DNA of 64,000 nt from Vulcanimicrobiota bacterium (lineage in GTDB: Bacteria; Vulcanimicrobiota; Vulcanimicrobiia; Vulcanimicrobiales; Vulcanimicrobiaceae). This document shows, piece by piece, positions 1 to 9,170 of the stretch. How positions within the stretch are numbered: position 1 is the stretch's first letter; every line of letters begins with the position of its first letter. The translations under genes were made by a program, and so were the position numbers. The stretch spans positions 608,001 through 672,000 of the forward strand of contig CAVTCS010000003.1 of NCBI GenBank assembly GCA_963733295.1, read 5' to 3'. The notes beneath the pieces were generated by a model that made no database searches, was not told the DNA's origin, and saw only the letters and a program-made list of their open reading frames with translations.

Positions 1-964
1 TGCGCGCCGCACTGCGCTCGCGCAGTTCGCCCGCGCGCAGAGGATCGTCGAGCAGGAGACGCAGCGAACTCGCCCACTGCGCAACGTCGCGCGGGTCGAG
101 CAAGAGCGCGCCGCCGCCGGTCGTTTCCGGCAACGCCGCGGCGTTCGACGCGATGACGGGCGCGCCGCACGCCATCGCCTCGAGTGGTACGAGCCCAAAA
201 CCCTCCGCGGTGGATGGCACCGCGACCACGCCGGCGTTGCGATAGAGCGAGCGCAGCATACGGTCGCTGGCGGCGATTTCGCCCGCGCGCAATCCCAAGC
301 GCGCAACCAGCGCCCGATCTTCCGGCGCGAGTTCTCCGACGACGACGAGCGACTCGCCGCTGCGGAGCGCGTCGGCGCAGGCCCGGATGAGCGTGCGGGC
401 GTTCTTGCGCTTTTCACGTGCGCCGACCAGAAGGACGTAGCGGTGCGGCACGACTTGCGGCGGCAAGACGTCGCCCTCGCCGGGCGACCAAAACACTCCC
501 GGCACGGGCGCGATCACTTCGACCTTCTCCGGCGCGACGCCAAGGGTCGCGATGATCTGCTCGCGACTCCACTGTGAGCCGGTTGCGATGCGCGTCGCCT
601 CGCGCGTGGCGCGCAGAATTGGACGCTGTTCGCGCAGTCGCGCGATGCGTTGCGAGTGGGGTTCGCTGAACGCGAAAATGTCGTGCAGGGTGACGAGCGT
701 GGGGGCGGCGCAACGAAAGCGCAGACCGTTCCAGGGGAACCACACGACATCGTACGCTCCGCGTTTGCGCGCGCCGAACGTTCCCGCGGCCCGGTAGGCT
801 TCACCGAACTCGGCGCGCAGCTCCCGCGCGTCCGAGCGCTTCGAGGCGATCAAGGTCACCTCGAGCGACGCATCGCTCAGCGCGACCGTCAGCACGTCGC
901 GCGCAACGCGGCCCATCCCGCGCCGGTCCCGCGGGAAGTTGGCTGCGTCGATTGCGAGCCGCAT
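1..964 (-). CDS. Glycosyltransferase family 4 (GT-B), runs off the window edge
   Basis: Manual translation of the minus strand: MRLAIDAANFPRDRRGMGRV...VTLHD...EGFGLVPLEAMACGAPVIASN (GT4 EX7E motif). No stop before base 1, so absent from the ORF track. Confidence 0.85.
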   Translation of the reverse strand, partial: MRLAIDAANFPRDRRGMGRVARDVLTVALSDASLEVTLIASKRSDARELRAEFGEAYRAAGTFGARKRGAYDVVWFPWNGLRFRCAAPTLVTLHDIFAFSEPHSQRIARLREQRPILRATREATRIATGSQWSREQIIATLGVAPEKVEVIAPVPGVFWSPGEGDVLPPQVVPHRYVLLVGAREKRKNARTLIRACADALRSGESLVVVGELAPEDRALVARLGLRAGEIAASDRMLRSLYRNAGVVAVPSTAEGFGLVPLEAMACGAPVIASNAAALPETTGGGALLLDPRDVAQWASSLRLLLDDPLRAGELRERSAAR

Positions 965-983
965 CGGCACGGACGCTAGCGCG

Positions 984-1757
984 CTAGCTCTGGTGAAAGA
1001 ACATAACCGCGGTGACGCCGATCGCGTTGAAGCCGGCATGCGTCAAGACGCTCGACCAATAGCAGCGCGTCGTGGCGTAAACGTAGGCCAGTACCACGCC
1101 GCCGCAGGCGAGCGGCAAACCGATCGTCGTCAACTGTGCCGCGCCGGCAGCGTGCACGGCACCGAAAAGGAGCCCGCTTACGAGCGCGGCTACCCAAATC
1201 GGCGCATAGCGTGAAATGGCGTTGAAGAGAAAAACGCGAAAGGCGAGCTCTTCGACGATCGGTGCCAGCACGACCGCGATGAGCGCAAAGATCGCCCGTT
1301 CGACCGGGCTGCGCAGCTGCTGCATGAGCGCGACCGCCGTTTCGGTATCGTGACGGTGCGTGACGGTCTCGGCAGCCGATTCGACGATTCCAACGAGCAA
1401 ATACATCACCACGATGCCGGCGAGCGCCACGGCCACATCGCGCCCCGTCGGAGCGCGCAAGCCGAGCTCGCGCAACGACATGTGGGACAGCGGCGGGAGG
1501 ATCACGGCGAGGTAGGCAGCCAGCGGCAGGTACAGCGCGATCTGCAAAGTCAAGGCGACGTCGGGCGCGACGCCGTTCGGATTGTGCCGGTCGATCGCAC
1601 CCGCGGCGAGCGCGCTGCCGAGGAAGACGAAGGCTGCAACGATCACGACGCCGATCGCGCCGAGCACGGCGAGTATCGTCAGCGAGGCGCGAAAGGCGTC
1701 AGGGGGCCAAGTCGTCGGCGAGGGCTGCAAATTTGCCCAAGTCGAGTTGTTCTGCAC
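984..1757 (-). CDS. CPBP/Abi (CAAX-protease family) intramembrane metalloprotease
   Basis: EELAFR, FGAVH and THAGFN motifs, multiple TM helices. Start uncertain (GTG 1757 or 1787); 5' end overlaps the rsmA 3' end. Confidence 0.88.
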   Translation of the reverse strand: MQNNSTWANLQPSPTTWPPDAFRASLTILAVLGAIGVVIVAAFVFLGSALAAGAIDRHNPNGVAPDVALTLQIALYLPLAAYLAVILPPLSHMSLRELGLRAPTGRDVAVALAGIVVMYLLVGIVESAAETVTHRHDTETAVALMQQLRSPVERAIFALIAVVLAPIVEELAFRVFLFNAISRYAPIWVAALVSGLLFGAVHAAGAAQLTTIGLPLACGGVVLAYVYATTRCYWSSVLTHAGFNAIGVTAVMFFHQS

Positions 1758-2538
1758 GGATCTCCGTATCGAGCCCCAACCGTCCAAGCGTTGCTTGAGT
1801 TCGTGCGCGCGGTATGGCGAGTGCGAGCGCGAGGCTGTTGGCGAGCGTCTTGCGGCGGTACGCGAAGGCGGCGCGCACGACCTGCATCAGAAATTCCGGA
1901 TCGCGTGCGATCGCCGCAGGTGCTGCCCGGCGCTCCATAACGACCACCGTGTTGTCGACCTTCGGTCGCGGATAGAACGCGCCGGGTCCGAGCGTGAACG
2001 CGCGGCGCACCTCCATCGAATATCCGATCGCCAGCGTCAAGCTGCCATACGCCGGCGTGCTCGGAGTCGCAATGAAACGCTCGGCTACGTCACGCTGAAC
2101 CATCGCGACGATACGCGCGGGAGGATTGCGCAGCTCGAGCAGACGCAGGATCAGCGGCGTTGCGACGTTATACGGTAAGTTTCCCGCGGCGCACCACGCA
2201 CGTTGCGCGGTGAGCGCATCGTAGTCGAACTCGAGCGCGTCCGCTTCGACGATCGCCGCCGCGGCGAGGTCGCTGCGCTCGCGCAAGATCGCTGCGAGGC
2301 CGGGGTCCACTTCGATGGCCGTGACGGCGGCGTCATTCGCGAGCAACGCTCGCGTCAGCGCACCGGTTCCCGCGCCGATCTCGACGACGGGCAGCCGATC
2401 GCCCGGCGCCGCCAGCTTCGCGATGCGCGTCGCGGCGGGGCCGTCCATCAGGAAATGCTGTCCGAGACGTTTCTTCGGTCGAATTCCGCGAGCTGCGAGC
2501 AGCGCGCGGGGATGCTGCGAGGTTGGGTCGGACGTTAT
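1699..2538 (-). CDS. rsmA: 16S rRNA m6,2A dimethyltransferase KsgA/RsmA
   Basis: KKRLGQHFL, VEIGAGTG, GNLPYN, FYPRPKVD, RRKTL motifs. Start inferred at ATA 2538, overlapping the upstream TAA. Confidence 0.93.
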   Translation of the reverse strand: MTSDPTSQHPRALLAARGIRPKKRLGQHFLMDGPAATRIAKLAAPGDRLPVVEIGAGTGALTRALLANDAAVTAIEVDPGLAAILRERSDLAAAAIVEADALEFDYDALTAQRAWCAAGNLPYNVATPLILRLLELRNPPARIVAMVQRDVAERFIATPSTPAYGSLTLAIGYSMEVRRAFTLGPGAFYPRPKVDNTVVVMERRAAPAAIARDPEFLMQVVRAAFAYRRKTLANSLALALAIPRARTQATLGRLGLDTEIRAEQLDLGKFAALADDLAP

Positions 2539-3677
2539 CGCAATACGTAGACGGTGATCGGCCGCCGTCCGAAGCGCAGGGCTTCTCCGAGGTTGTTGAA
2601 ACCGAGATCGATGCGGTTCCCTCGAATCGCGCCGCCGGTGTCGCCTGCGACCGCGTTGCCGTAACCCGGAACGTACAGGCGCGAACCAAGTGGAATCACG
2701 TTGGGATCGACGGCAACGACGCCGTGACCCGCGTGCAAACCTAGCTTCGTTATGCCGCTGCAACCCGAGCAGAACGGAACGTACGCGGTGGCGACCATCT
2801 TCATCGCGGTGCCCGCGATGTGGAGCGCATCTCGCACGCCGTCCACGATTGAAGCGAATTCGCCGATCCCGTGCACGACGATCTTCGGACGCGCTTCCTG
2901 CAGCACGCGCGAGGCTAACACGACGCGCTTTTCAGGTGCATCGCCGCGTTTGATGAAACGTACCGTGAGTTCGCGTTCGCCGGGAAGTCCCTGGTCGACG
3001 GTGCGCGTTTTTCCGATCGCGAGCGCAGGATCGAAGCGGTGGCGTACGCCGGGCTCGATCGGCTCGCGCTCGCGCGCAGTCCACTCGTCGATGCGCACGA
3101 CGCGCACGACGGCACCCGGCGCGGGATGCGCTCCGAGTGCGGGCGAGACCTCGTCATAGGGTCCAAGTATGACGCCTTGACGAGCGAGGAGGTCCGCAAC
3201 CGTCGCCGGCGCGCAATGCAAGGGCAGACGCTGACCGTCGACCACAAGCGTGAGTGCCATTGCGGACCGGTATTCCAGGCGCATGCCCGCAGCGAGGGGC
3301 GTTTCGAGCGCAGGCGCGACGAAATCGTCCGAGGCAAGCTTGACGCCCCGTTCGTCGAGAAATTGCGCGACGCTGCGCGCGTGGGTTTCGAACATCGTCG
3401 ACTGACCGTCGCGGACGAAGGTCACGATGATGGGCTGGGAGTCCTCGGTATCGGCTACTTCGGCGGCGCGAACCGCGCCGGACGACACGCTGAGACTGAG
3501 AACTAGTGTTAAGACGCTCGTTGCGACAAACGTCGCGAACCTTTGATCATTGTCGATCAACTCGGCTCCTTTCTGGACGAGAGGCACGTCGCTGCTGCGC
3601 GCCCACGGCTGTGGAGCGGCCACGATAGGCGAGGCACCGTTCAGTAAGTTGCGGGTTGAACGCTTCCGCGGAAGCAT
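2535..3677 (-). CDS. YabE/RpfB-like cell-wall protein: DUF348 repeats + G5 + 3D domain
   Basis: C-terminal ATAY...VVAVDPNVIPLGSRLYVPGYGNAVAGDTGGAIRGNRIDL (3D domain), G5-like segment; yabE-ksgA synteny. ATG 3677 preceded by GAGG. Confidence 0.88.
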   Translation of the reverse strand: MLPRKRSTRNLLNGASPIVAAPQPWARSSDVPLVQKGAELIDNDQRFATFVATSVLTLVLSLSVSSGAVRAAEVADTEDSQPIIVTFVRDGQSTMFETHARSVAQFLDERGVKLASDDFVAPALETPLAAGMRLEYRSAMALTLVVDGQRLPLHCAPATVADLLARQGVILGPYDEVSPALGAHPAPGAVVRVVRIDEWTAREREPIEPGVRHRFDPALAIGKTRTVDQGLPGERELTVRFIKRGDAPEKRVVLASRVLQEARPKIVVHGIGEFASIVDGVRDALHIAGTAMKMVATAYVPFCSGCSGITKLGLHAGHGVVAVDPNVIPLGSRLYVPGYGNAVAGDTGGAIRGNRIDLGFNNLGEALRFGRRPITVYVLR

Positions 3678-3819
3678 TACCACTAGTTCCTCGCGAGCGG
3701 GCAAGGAACCGGAACCGGGACACGATAGCACAGGGCCCTCCCAATCGTCAATTTGACAAATCGGCCCGGATGTGTTCTTCGCCGCGGGGCGGCCCGAAAT
3801 TGACGAAGAAGTCTCAACC

Positions 3820-4962
3820 GTGAGCGCTTTACGGGTCGGCTTCTTCACGGAGTGCTACCGGCCGATTCAAAACGGAATCGTCGCATCGCTCGACGTTCTC
3901 GCCGAGGCTCTTCGCGCGCGCGGCAACGAAGTGGTTTTCGTAACGCCCAGCATGCCGGGATACCAAGAGTCGCATGGCGACATCGTGCGCGTGCCGTCGC
4001 TGCCGCTGCCCACGCGGACCGCGTATCGCTTGACGATTCCGCTCGTCCCGACGCAACGTCTCGCCGATCTTTCGATCGTTCACACGCATTCGCCGTTCGT
4101 AACGGGTTGGATGGGTTTGCGCTTAGCGCGGCGTTTGGGCGTACCGCTCGTTTTCACGTATCACACGCAACTCGAAGAGTACGCCCACTACGTACCTTTC
4201 GATCCGCGCGCGGCTCGTAGCGCCGCCTCGCAACTGACGCGTTCTTACGCGAATGCGGCGGACGCGGTGGTGGTGCCCACGGCCGCGATGCACACGCGTT
4301 TGCGCGCGCTCGGCGTGCGCTCGCGCATCGAGATCGTGCCCAGCGGCATCGACGTGCGCTTCTTCGCGGAAGGCCGGCGCAGCGAGGCTCTGCGGGCGCG
4401 CCTGGGCGTTCCGCCGGGGGGCAAGATGCTGCTCTCGGTCGGGCGGCTCGGCCGGGAAAAGAACCTCGAGCTGGCACTGGAAGCCTTCGCGCGCCTGGGC
4501 GACCCGGCGGTGCGCTTGGTCATCGTCGGCGACGGCGTACACCGCGAGGCGCTGGAACGGAAAGCGGCGCGTTGCGGCGTCGCCGACGCCACAACGTTCG
4601 CGCGTGAGTTCGCGCGCGAGGCGCTGCCCGACGCCTACGCCTCGGCCGACGCGTTCGTCTTCACCAGCCTCAGCGAAACCCAAGGCCTCGTGCTCGTCGA
4701 AGCGCTGGCGGCCGGACTTCCGATCGTGGCCGTCGACACGCCGCAAACTCGCGACGTTTTGGGGGGCGCCGGAATGGTCGTGCCGGCTTCCGCTCCCGCG
4801 CTGGCTGCTGCCCTGACGCGCGTCCTCGCGGCAGGTCCGCATGCGGCCCAGATCTCGCCGATTGCGCTGCGCTTTGACGGCCCTTCGCTGGCCGAGCGGA
4901 TTCTCGATCTCTATGGAGATCTGCTCGGAGTGAGGGGTGAGCCGGCCGGAGTTCCGGCTTGA
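3820..4962 (+). CDS. Glycosyltransferase family 4 (diacylglycerol glucosyltransferase-like)
   Basis: RVGFFTECYRPIQNG, HTHSPF, TYHT, VGRLGREKN, ETQGLVLVEALAAG. Confidence 0.9.
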   Translation: MSALRVGFFTECYRPIQNGIVASLDVLAEALRARGNEVVFVTPSMPGYQESHGDIVRVPSLPLPTRTAYRLTIPLVPTQRLADLSIVHTHSPFVTGWMGLRLARRLGVPLVFTYHTQLEEYAHYVPFDPRAARSAASQLTRSYANAADAVVVPTAAMHTRLRALGVRSRIEIVPSGIDVRFFAEGRRSEALRARLGVPPGGKMLLSVGRLGREKNLELALEAFARLGDPAVRLVIVGDGVHREALERKAARCGVADATTFAREFAREALPDAYASADAFVFTSLSETQGLVLVEALAAGLPIVAVDTPQTRDVLGGAGMVVPASAPALAAALTRVLAAGPHAAQISPIALRFDGPSLAERILDLYGDLLGVRGEPAGVPA

Positions 4963-4988
4963 CATCGAACGTACGTTCGAGGCATAAT
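4959..4988 (+). promoter_or_regulatory. Sigma70-type promoter (TTGACA-N18-CATAAT) with a perfect LexA/SOS box TCGAACGTACGTTCGA in the spacer
   Basis: TTGACA 4959-4964; 16-bp palindrome 4965-4980 matching the Firmicutes/Actinobacteria GAAC-N4-GTTC consensus; CATAAT 4983-4988; a DNA repair gene (mpg) lies downstream. Confidence 0.85.
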
Positions 4989-5003
4989 GGGAACAAGGTA
5001 GAC

Positions 5004-5438
5004 ATGGCACGGCAACATCGCTCCAGGCTCGCCCATCAGGTCACGGTCGGTTTCGCGGCCGGACCGGGCGGAAGCGGCGTCGCCTACGCGGCAGCGGAAG
5101 CGGGCGGACGAAACGGGTCGCCGGTCAGGGTAGAGTTCGTTTGCCGGCCGCTCCCGGCGCTACGTGGACGCGACGTCGCGTACTCCGCACTCGACGCGGT
5201 GCTGGCCGAGTTGTTGCGGCGCGGCGTCAGTCGCGCCGTCATCGCGATCGACGACGCGAATCTTCCGCTCGACGTTTCCGAGAGGCGCTCGTTACCGAAC
5301 GCTCTGATCGTACCGTACGTGGCGCTGCGCTGCCGGCTCAACCAGTTCGCCGCGGTGACGGTCGTCGAAGCCCACGACGCCGTCGCTCGCGATCTGACCG
5401 CGCGGGCGCGCGCGGAGGCGACCCTCATCGCCGCCTGA
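5004..5438 (+). CDS. Hypothetical protein, probable degenerate RNase H-like fold
   Basis: ATG 5004 after AAGG. Pattern GPGGSG...YSALDAVLAELLRRGVSRAVIAIDD...PYVALRCRLNQFAAV resembles small RNase HI-like proteins. Confidence 0.65.
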   Translation: MARQHRSRLAHQVTVGFAAGPGGSGVAYAAAEAGGRNGSPVRVEFVCRPLPALRGRDVAYSALDAVLAELLRRGVSRAVIAIDDANLPLDVSERRSLPNALIVPYVALRCRLNQFAAVTVVEAHDAVARDLTARARAEATLIAA

Positions 5439-5457
5439 GCGTACGCGGTTCCGTCGT

Positions 5458-6039
5458 TTGCGACGGAGCGAATTGCCCGAAGAAGCGGTTGCGTTGGCGC
5501 GCTTTCTGATCGGCACGATCGTCGTTCGCGACGACGCGCGCGGCCGTCGCGCGCTGCGCATCGTCGAAACCGAGGCGTACCTTCCGGGCGACGCGGCAGC
5601 GCATTCGTACCGCGGCCTGACCGAACGCAACCGTTCGCTGTTTCTACGCCGCGGCCACGCGTACGTGTACTTCATCTATGGTACGTGGTTCTGTTTGAAC
5701 GTTTCGGCGGAAGCCGCGGGAACCGGCGCAGGCGTTCTGCTGCGCGCCGGCGAGCCGCTCGCCGGCGTCGCTTTGATGGAGAGCGCGCGGCCCGGTGCGC
5801 TGCTGCGCGATCTCGCGCGCGGTCCCGGGCGCCTAGCCGCCGCCCTCGGCGTCACGCGCGCACAGGACGGTCTCGATCTCTGCGCGCCGGGACCGCTTTG
5901 GCTGGCGGCGGCCGGCGAAGGGTTGCCGCGTATCGGGCAAAGCGTGCGCATCGGCGTTACGCAGGAGGTCCATCGCGAACTCCGCTTCTACGAGCGTGGC
6001 AGCCGCTTCATCAGCGGGCCGCGCCGCCTCAATCTCTAA
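5458..6039 (+). CDS. mpg: DNA-3-methyladenine glycosylase (MPG/AAG family)
   Basis: IVETEAY, AAHSYRG, AYVYFIYG, LNVS, VLLRA, GPGRL, RIGV motifs. Confidence 0.95.
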   Translation: MRRSELPEEAVALARFLIGTIVVRDDARGRRALRIVETEAYLPGDAAAHSYRGLTERNRSLFLRRGHAYVYFIYGTWFCLNVSAEAAGTGAGVLLRAGEPLAGVALMESARPGALLRDLARGPGRLAAALGVTRAQDGLDLCAPGPLWLAAAGEGLPRIGQSVRIGVTQEVHRELRFYERGSRFISGPRRLNL

Positions 6040-6049
6040 CCTTGCCGGA

Positions 6050-6784
6050 GTGCGGCTTCACAAATTTCTCGCGCATGCCGGAATTGCGTCGCGGCGGCAG
6101 GCCGAAGAGTTGATCAAGAGCGGTCACGTCAGCGTGAACGGGAAGCCGGTGCGCGAGCTCGGCACGAGCGTGGCCGAGGGCGATCGCGTTGAGTTCAATG
6201 GGCGGCCGGTCAGCGTCCCAAGCCAGAAGCGTTACCTCGTGCTGCATAAGCCGCCGAAGGTGATGACGACGATGAGCGATCCCGAAGGCCGGCGGACGGT
6301 GTCGTCGCTGATTCCGCAAAGCGAAGGCCGTTTGGTGCCGGTCGGCCGGCTCGACTACGACACCTCGGGCGTTCTCTTGATGACGAACGACGGCGAGCTA
6401 GCGCACGTGCTGACGCATCCGCGTTTCGGGGTGGAGAAGACGTATCGCGCGCTCGTACGCGGACGGCTCGGCCCGGACGACGTGCGTCATCTGCTCGCAG
6501 GGATGCGCCTCGAGGACGGAAACGCCGGGCCCGCCAAGGTCCGCGTCGTGCGGACGTCGCCGGCCGGGTCCGAACTCGACATCACGATCCACGAGGGTCG
6601 CAATCGCCAAGTCCGGCGCATGTTCGAGGCGACCGAACATCCGGTGCTCTCGCTCGTGCGCTTGCGTTTCGGCCCGGTCGCGCTCGGCGAACTGCGGGTC
6701 GGCAATTGGCGGGAGGCTACCGAACGCGAGGTCGCGGCGTTGCGCGTCATCCTTAAAGAAGCGGGGGCGAAGAGCGATGAGTAA
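6050..6784 (+). CDS. rluB: rRNA pseudouridine synthase, RluB/RsuA family with S4 domain
   Basis: [36 protein letters not shown]. Confidence 0.9.
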   Translation: MRLHKFLAHAGIASRRQAEELIKSGHVSVNGKPVRELGTSVAEGDRVEFNGRPVSVPSQKRYLVLHKPPKVMTTMSDPEGRRTVSSLIPQSEGRLVPVGRLDYDTSGVLLMTNDGELAHVLTHPRFGVEKTYRALVRGRLGPDDVRHLLAGMRLEDGNAGPAKVRVVRTSPAGSELDITIHEGRNRQVRRMFEATEHPVLSLVRLRFGPVALGELRVGNWREATEREVAALRVILKEAGAKSDE

Positions 6785-7265
6785 CGTCGCGCGCATCCTC
6801 GTGTCGCTCGTTCTGCTCGCTCTTACGTACCTTACCTCGCGTCTGCGACGCGGGGGCAGCGATCGAGGCCCGGCGCAGCCGGCGCGAACGCTGCGCGGCA
6901 TCCGTGGAGCGACGACCGTGGCCGAGGACACGCAAGCGGCGATTCTAGAAGCGACCGAGGAATTGGTACGCGAGATCGTCGCTGCCAACGGGCTCGCCTC
7001 GGAGGACGTGGCCTCGGCGCTCTTCACGGTGACGCCGGACCTGAGCGCCGAATTTCCGGCCGCCGCCGCACGGCGTATGGGTTGGACGCTCGTCCCCTTA
7101 TTGAACTTTACCGAGATCGGTGTCCCCGGACGGCTGCCGCGTTGCATTCGCGTGTTGATTCACGTCAATACCGAAAAGGCGCAAGCCGAAATGGTCCACG
7201 TGTATTTACGCGAAGCAGTCTCGCTTCGCCCCGACCTCGTTAGCCGGAGTACGACCCCGCAATGA
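6777..7265 (+). CDS. aroH: Chorismate mutase, AroH class, with N-terminal hydrophobic extension
   Basis: [41 protein letters not shown]. Confidence 0.92.
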   Translation: MSNVARILVSLVLLALTYLTSRLRRGGSDRGPAQPARTLRGIRGATTVAEDTQAAILEATEELVREIVAANGLASEDVASALFTVTPDLSAEFPAAAARRMGWTLVPLLNFTEIGVPGRLPRCIRVLIHVNTEKAQAEMVHVYLREAVSLRPDLVSRSTTPQ

Positions 7266-8305
7266 TCATCGTGATGCGTCCGCACGCGCTGGACGAAGAG
7301 ATTCAAGCGGTCCAAGCGAGCATCGCATCGCTCGAATTGACCGCGCACGTGAGTCGCGGGACCGAGCGCACGATCGTCGGCGTCATCGGGGCACCCGACG
7401 ACAAAGACGCGCTGCGCGCGCTGTTCGTGCAGCTGGACGGCGTCGAGCAAGTCATCCTGATCTCTCGTGCGTACAAGCTCGTCAGCCGCGAAGCCAAACC
7501 CGAACCGACCATCGTGCGAGTGCGCGACGGCGTGAGCTTCGGAGGCCAAACGCTCGCGATTGCCGCAGGGCCGTGCAGTATCGAGTCGCGCGAGCAAGTC
7601 GGCAGCACGGCGCAAGCGGTTGCGGCGGCCGGCGCGAATCTGCTGCGAGGCGGAGCGTTCAAGCCGCGCACCTCACCGTATGCCTTTCAAGGACTCGGTC
7701 AAGCGGGACTCGAGTACATGCGAGAGGCCGCCGATCGCAACGGCTTGGCGGTGGTTACCGAGGTTCTCGATCCGCGCGACGTGGAACTGGTCGCCGCGCA
7801 TGCCGATATGCTGCAAATCGGGGCGCGCAACATGCAGAATTTCACGCTGTTGCGCGAAGTCGGATATGCGCGTAAGCCGGTGCTGCTCAAGCGCGGCATC
7901 TCCGCGACGATCGATGAATGGTTGATGGCCGCCGAGTACATCTTTGCCGCTGGGACTCACGACGTCGTCCTGTGCGAGCGCGGGATCCGTTCGTACGACG
8001 CGCACACGCGCAATCTGCTCGATCTGGCGGCGGTTCCGGTGTTGCGAACGCTGACACACTTGCCGGTCATCGTCGATCCGTCGCACGCGACCGGCGTGCG
8101 CGGTTTGGTCTTGCCGATGAGCCTGGCGGCGGTTGCGGCCGGTGCCGACGGACTCATCGTCGAGGTGCACCCTTCCCCGGCGACGGCCAAGTCGGACGGC
8201 GCCCAATCCTTGACGCTGCCGGCTTTCGCCGAGCTGACCGCACGCCTCGGGCCCGTGGCTCAGGCCGTCGGCCGGAGGCTCCCGGCGCCGGCCGTTGTCG
8301 TCTAG
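7262..8305 (+). CDS. aroF: DAHP synthase (type I-beta, N-terminal regulatory domain)
   Basis: [42 protein letters not shown]. Confidence 0.95.
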   Translation: MIIVMRPHALDEEIQAVQASIASLELTAHVSRGTERTIVGVIGAPDDKDALRALFVQLDGVEQVILISRAYKLVSREAKPEPTIVRVRDGVSFGGQTLAIAAGPCSIESREQVGSTAQAVAAAGANLLRGGAFKPRTSPYAFQGLGQAGLEYMREAADRNGLAVVTEVLDPRDVELVAAHADMLQIGARNMQNFTLLREVGYARKPVLLKRGISATIDEWLMAAEYIFAAGTHDVVLCERGIRSYDAHTRNLLDLAAVPVLRTLTHLPVIVDPSHATGVRGLVLPMSLAAVAAGADGLIVEVHPSPATAKSDGAQSLTLPAFAELTARLGPVAQAVGRRLPAPAVVV

Positions 8306-9170
8306 CGCCGCGACAGGACACCGGCCGTCCGGGTTTCGAACGGTCGGCATCCTCGGCACCGGCCTGATCGGAACGTCGATCGGGCTGCGGGCTCGTGCCG
8401 CCGGCGCGCGCACGATCGGTTATGACGAACGGCCCGAACACGGCGAGCAGGCTCGCGCCATCGGCGCGCTCGATCGCGTGGCGCCGGCGCGGGACGAATG
8501 TTTCGAGGCCGACGTTCTCGTGCTCGCGACGCCGCTGGAAGCGACCCTCGAACTGCTCGCGGAATTGCGCCGGACTGTCCCGCCGGCGAGGCTCGTGCTG
8601 GACGTGTGCTCGGTAAAAGTTCCCGTGGCGAGCGCAGGACGCGGACTCGCCGCGTTCGTGCCGTCGCATCCCATGGCCGGTTCCGAACGGAGCGGACCGC
8701 AAGCTGCCCGGGGCGATCTTTTCGAGGGTCGCGTCTGGATGCACGCACCCGGCGACGAGCCCGTCATCGCTGCGATCCGTGCCTTCATTCTCTGGATGGG
8801 AGCGTGCCCGCTCCCTCTCGATCCGGCCGATCACGACCGGATCGTGGCCTTGACTTCGCACCTACCGCAGCTGCTCTCGCTGGCGCTGGCCGGGCGCCTG
8901 GGAGACCGGCTGGATGAAACGGGGGTGGCGGAACTGTGTGGCCCGGGCATGCGTTCGATGCTGAGGTTGGCCGGATCGTCGTGGGCCGTTTGGCGCGGCG
9001 TGCTCGCCGCCAACGGCGAGGCCGTGGCGCAGGAAGTGCGCGGCTTGACCGCCATACTCACGGAGTTCGCGCGCGTGCTCGAGGCCGGCGAAGAGGAAGC
9101 GCTTGCGCCGGCTTTCGACGAAGCGGCCATTGCGGTCCAACGCTTAAACGAAGTTTCGGAGACGAGATGA
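8295..9170 (+). CDS. tyrA: Prephenate dehydrogenase
   Basis: GTGLIG Rossmann motif, [26 protein letters not shown]. Confidence 0.92.
   Translation: MSSSAATGHRPSGFRTVGILGTGLIGTSIGLRARAAGARTIGYDERPEHGEQARAIGALDRVAPARDECFEADVLVLATPLEATLELLAELRRTVPPARLVLDVCSVKVPVASAGRGLAAFVPSHPMAGSERSGPQAARGDLFEGRVWMHAPGDEPVIAAIRAFILWMGACPLPLDPADHDRIVALTSHLPQLLSLALAGRLGDRLDETGVAELCGPGMRSMLRLAGSSWAVWRGVLAANGEAVAQEVRGLTAILTEFARVLEAGEEEALAPAFDEAAIAVQRLNEVSETR

Noticed and set aside
3678..3819. Possible c-di-AMP (ydaO) riboswitch upstream of the yabE/3D gene
   Set aside because: The inferred promoter (TTGACG-N18-TATCGT on the minus strand) leaves only about 40 nt of leader, and no ydaO consensus is visible.
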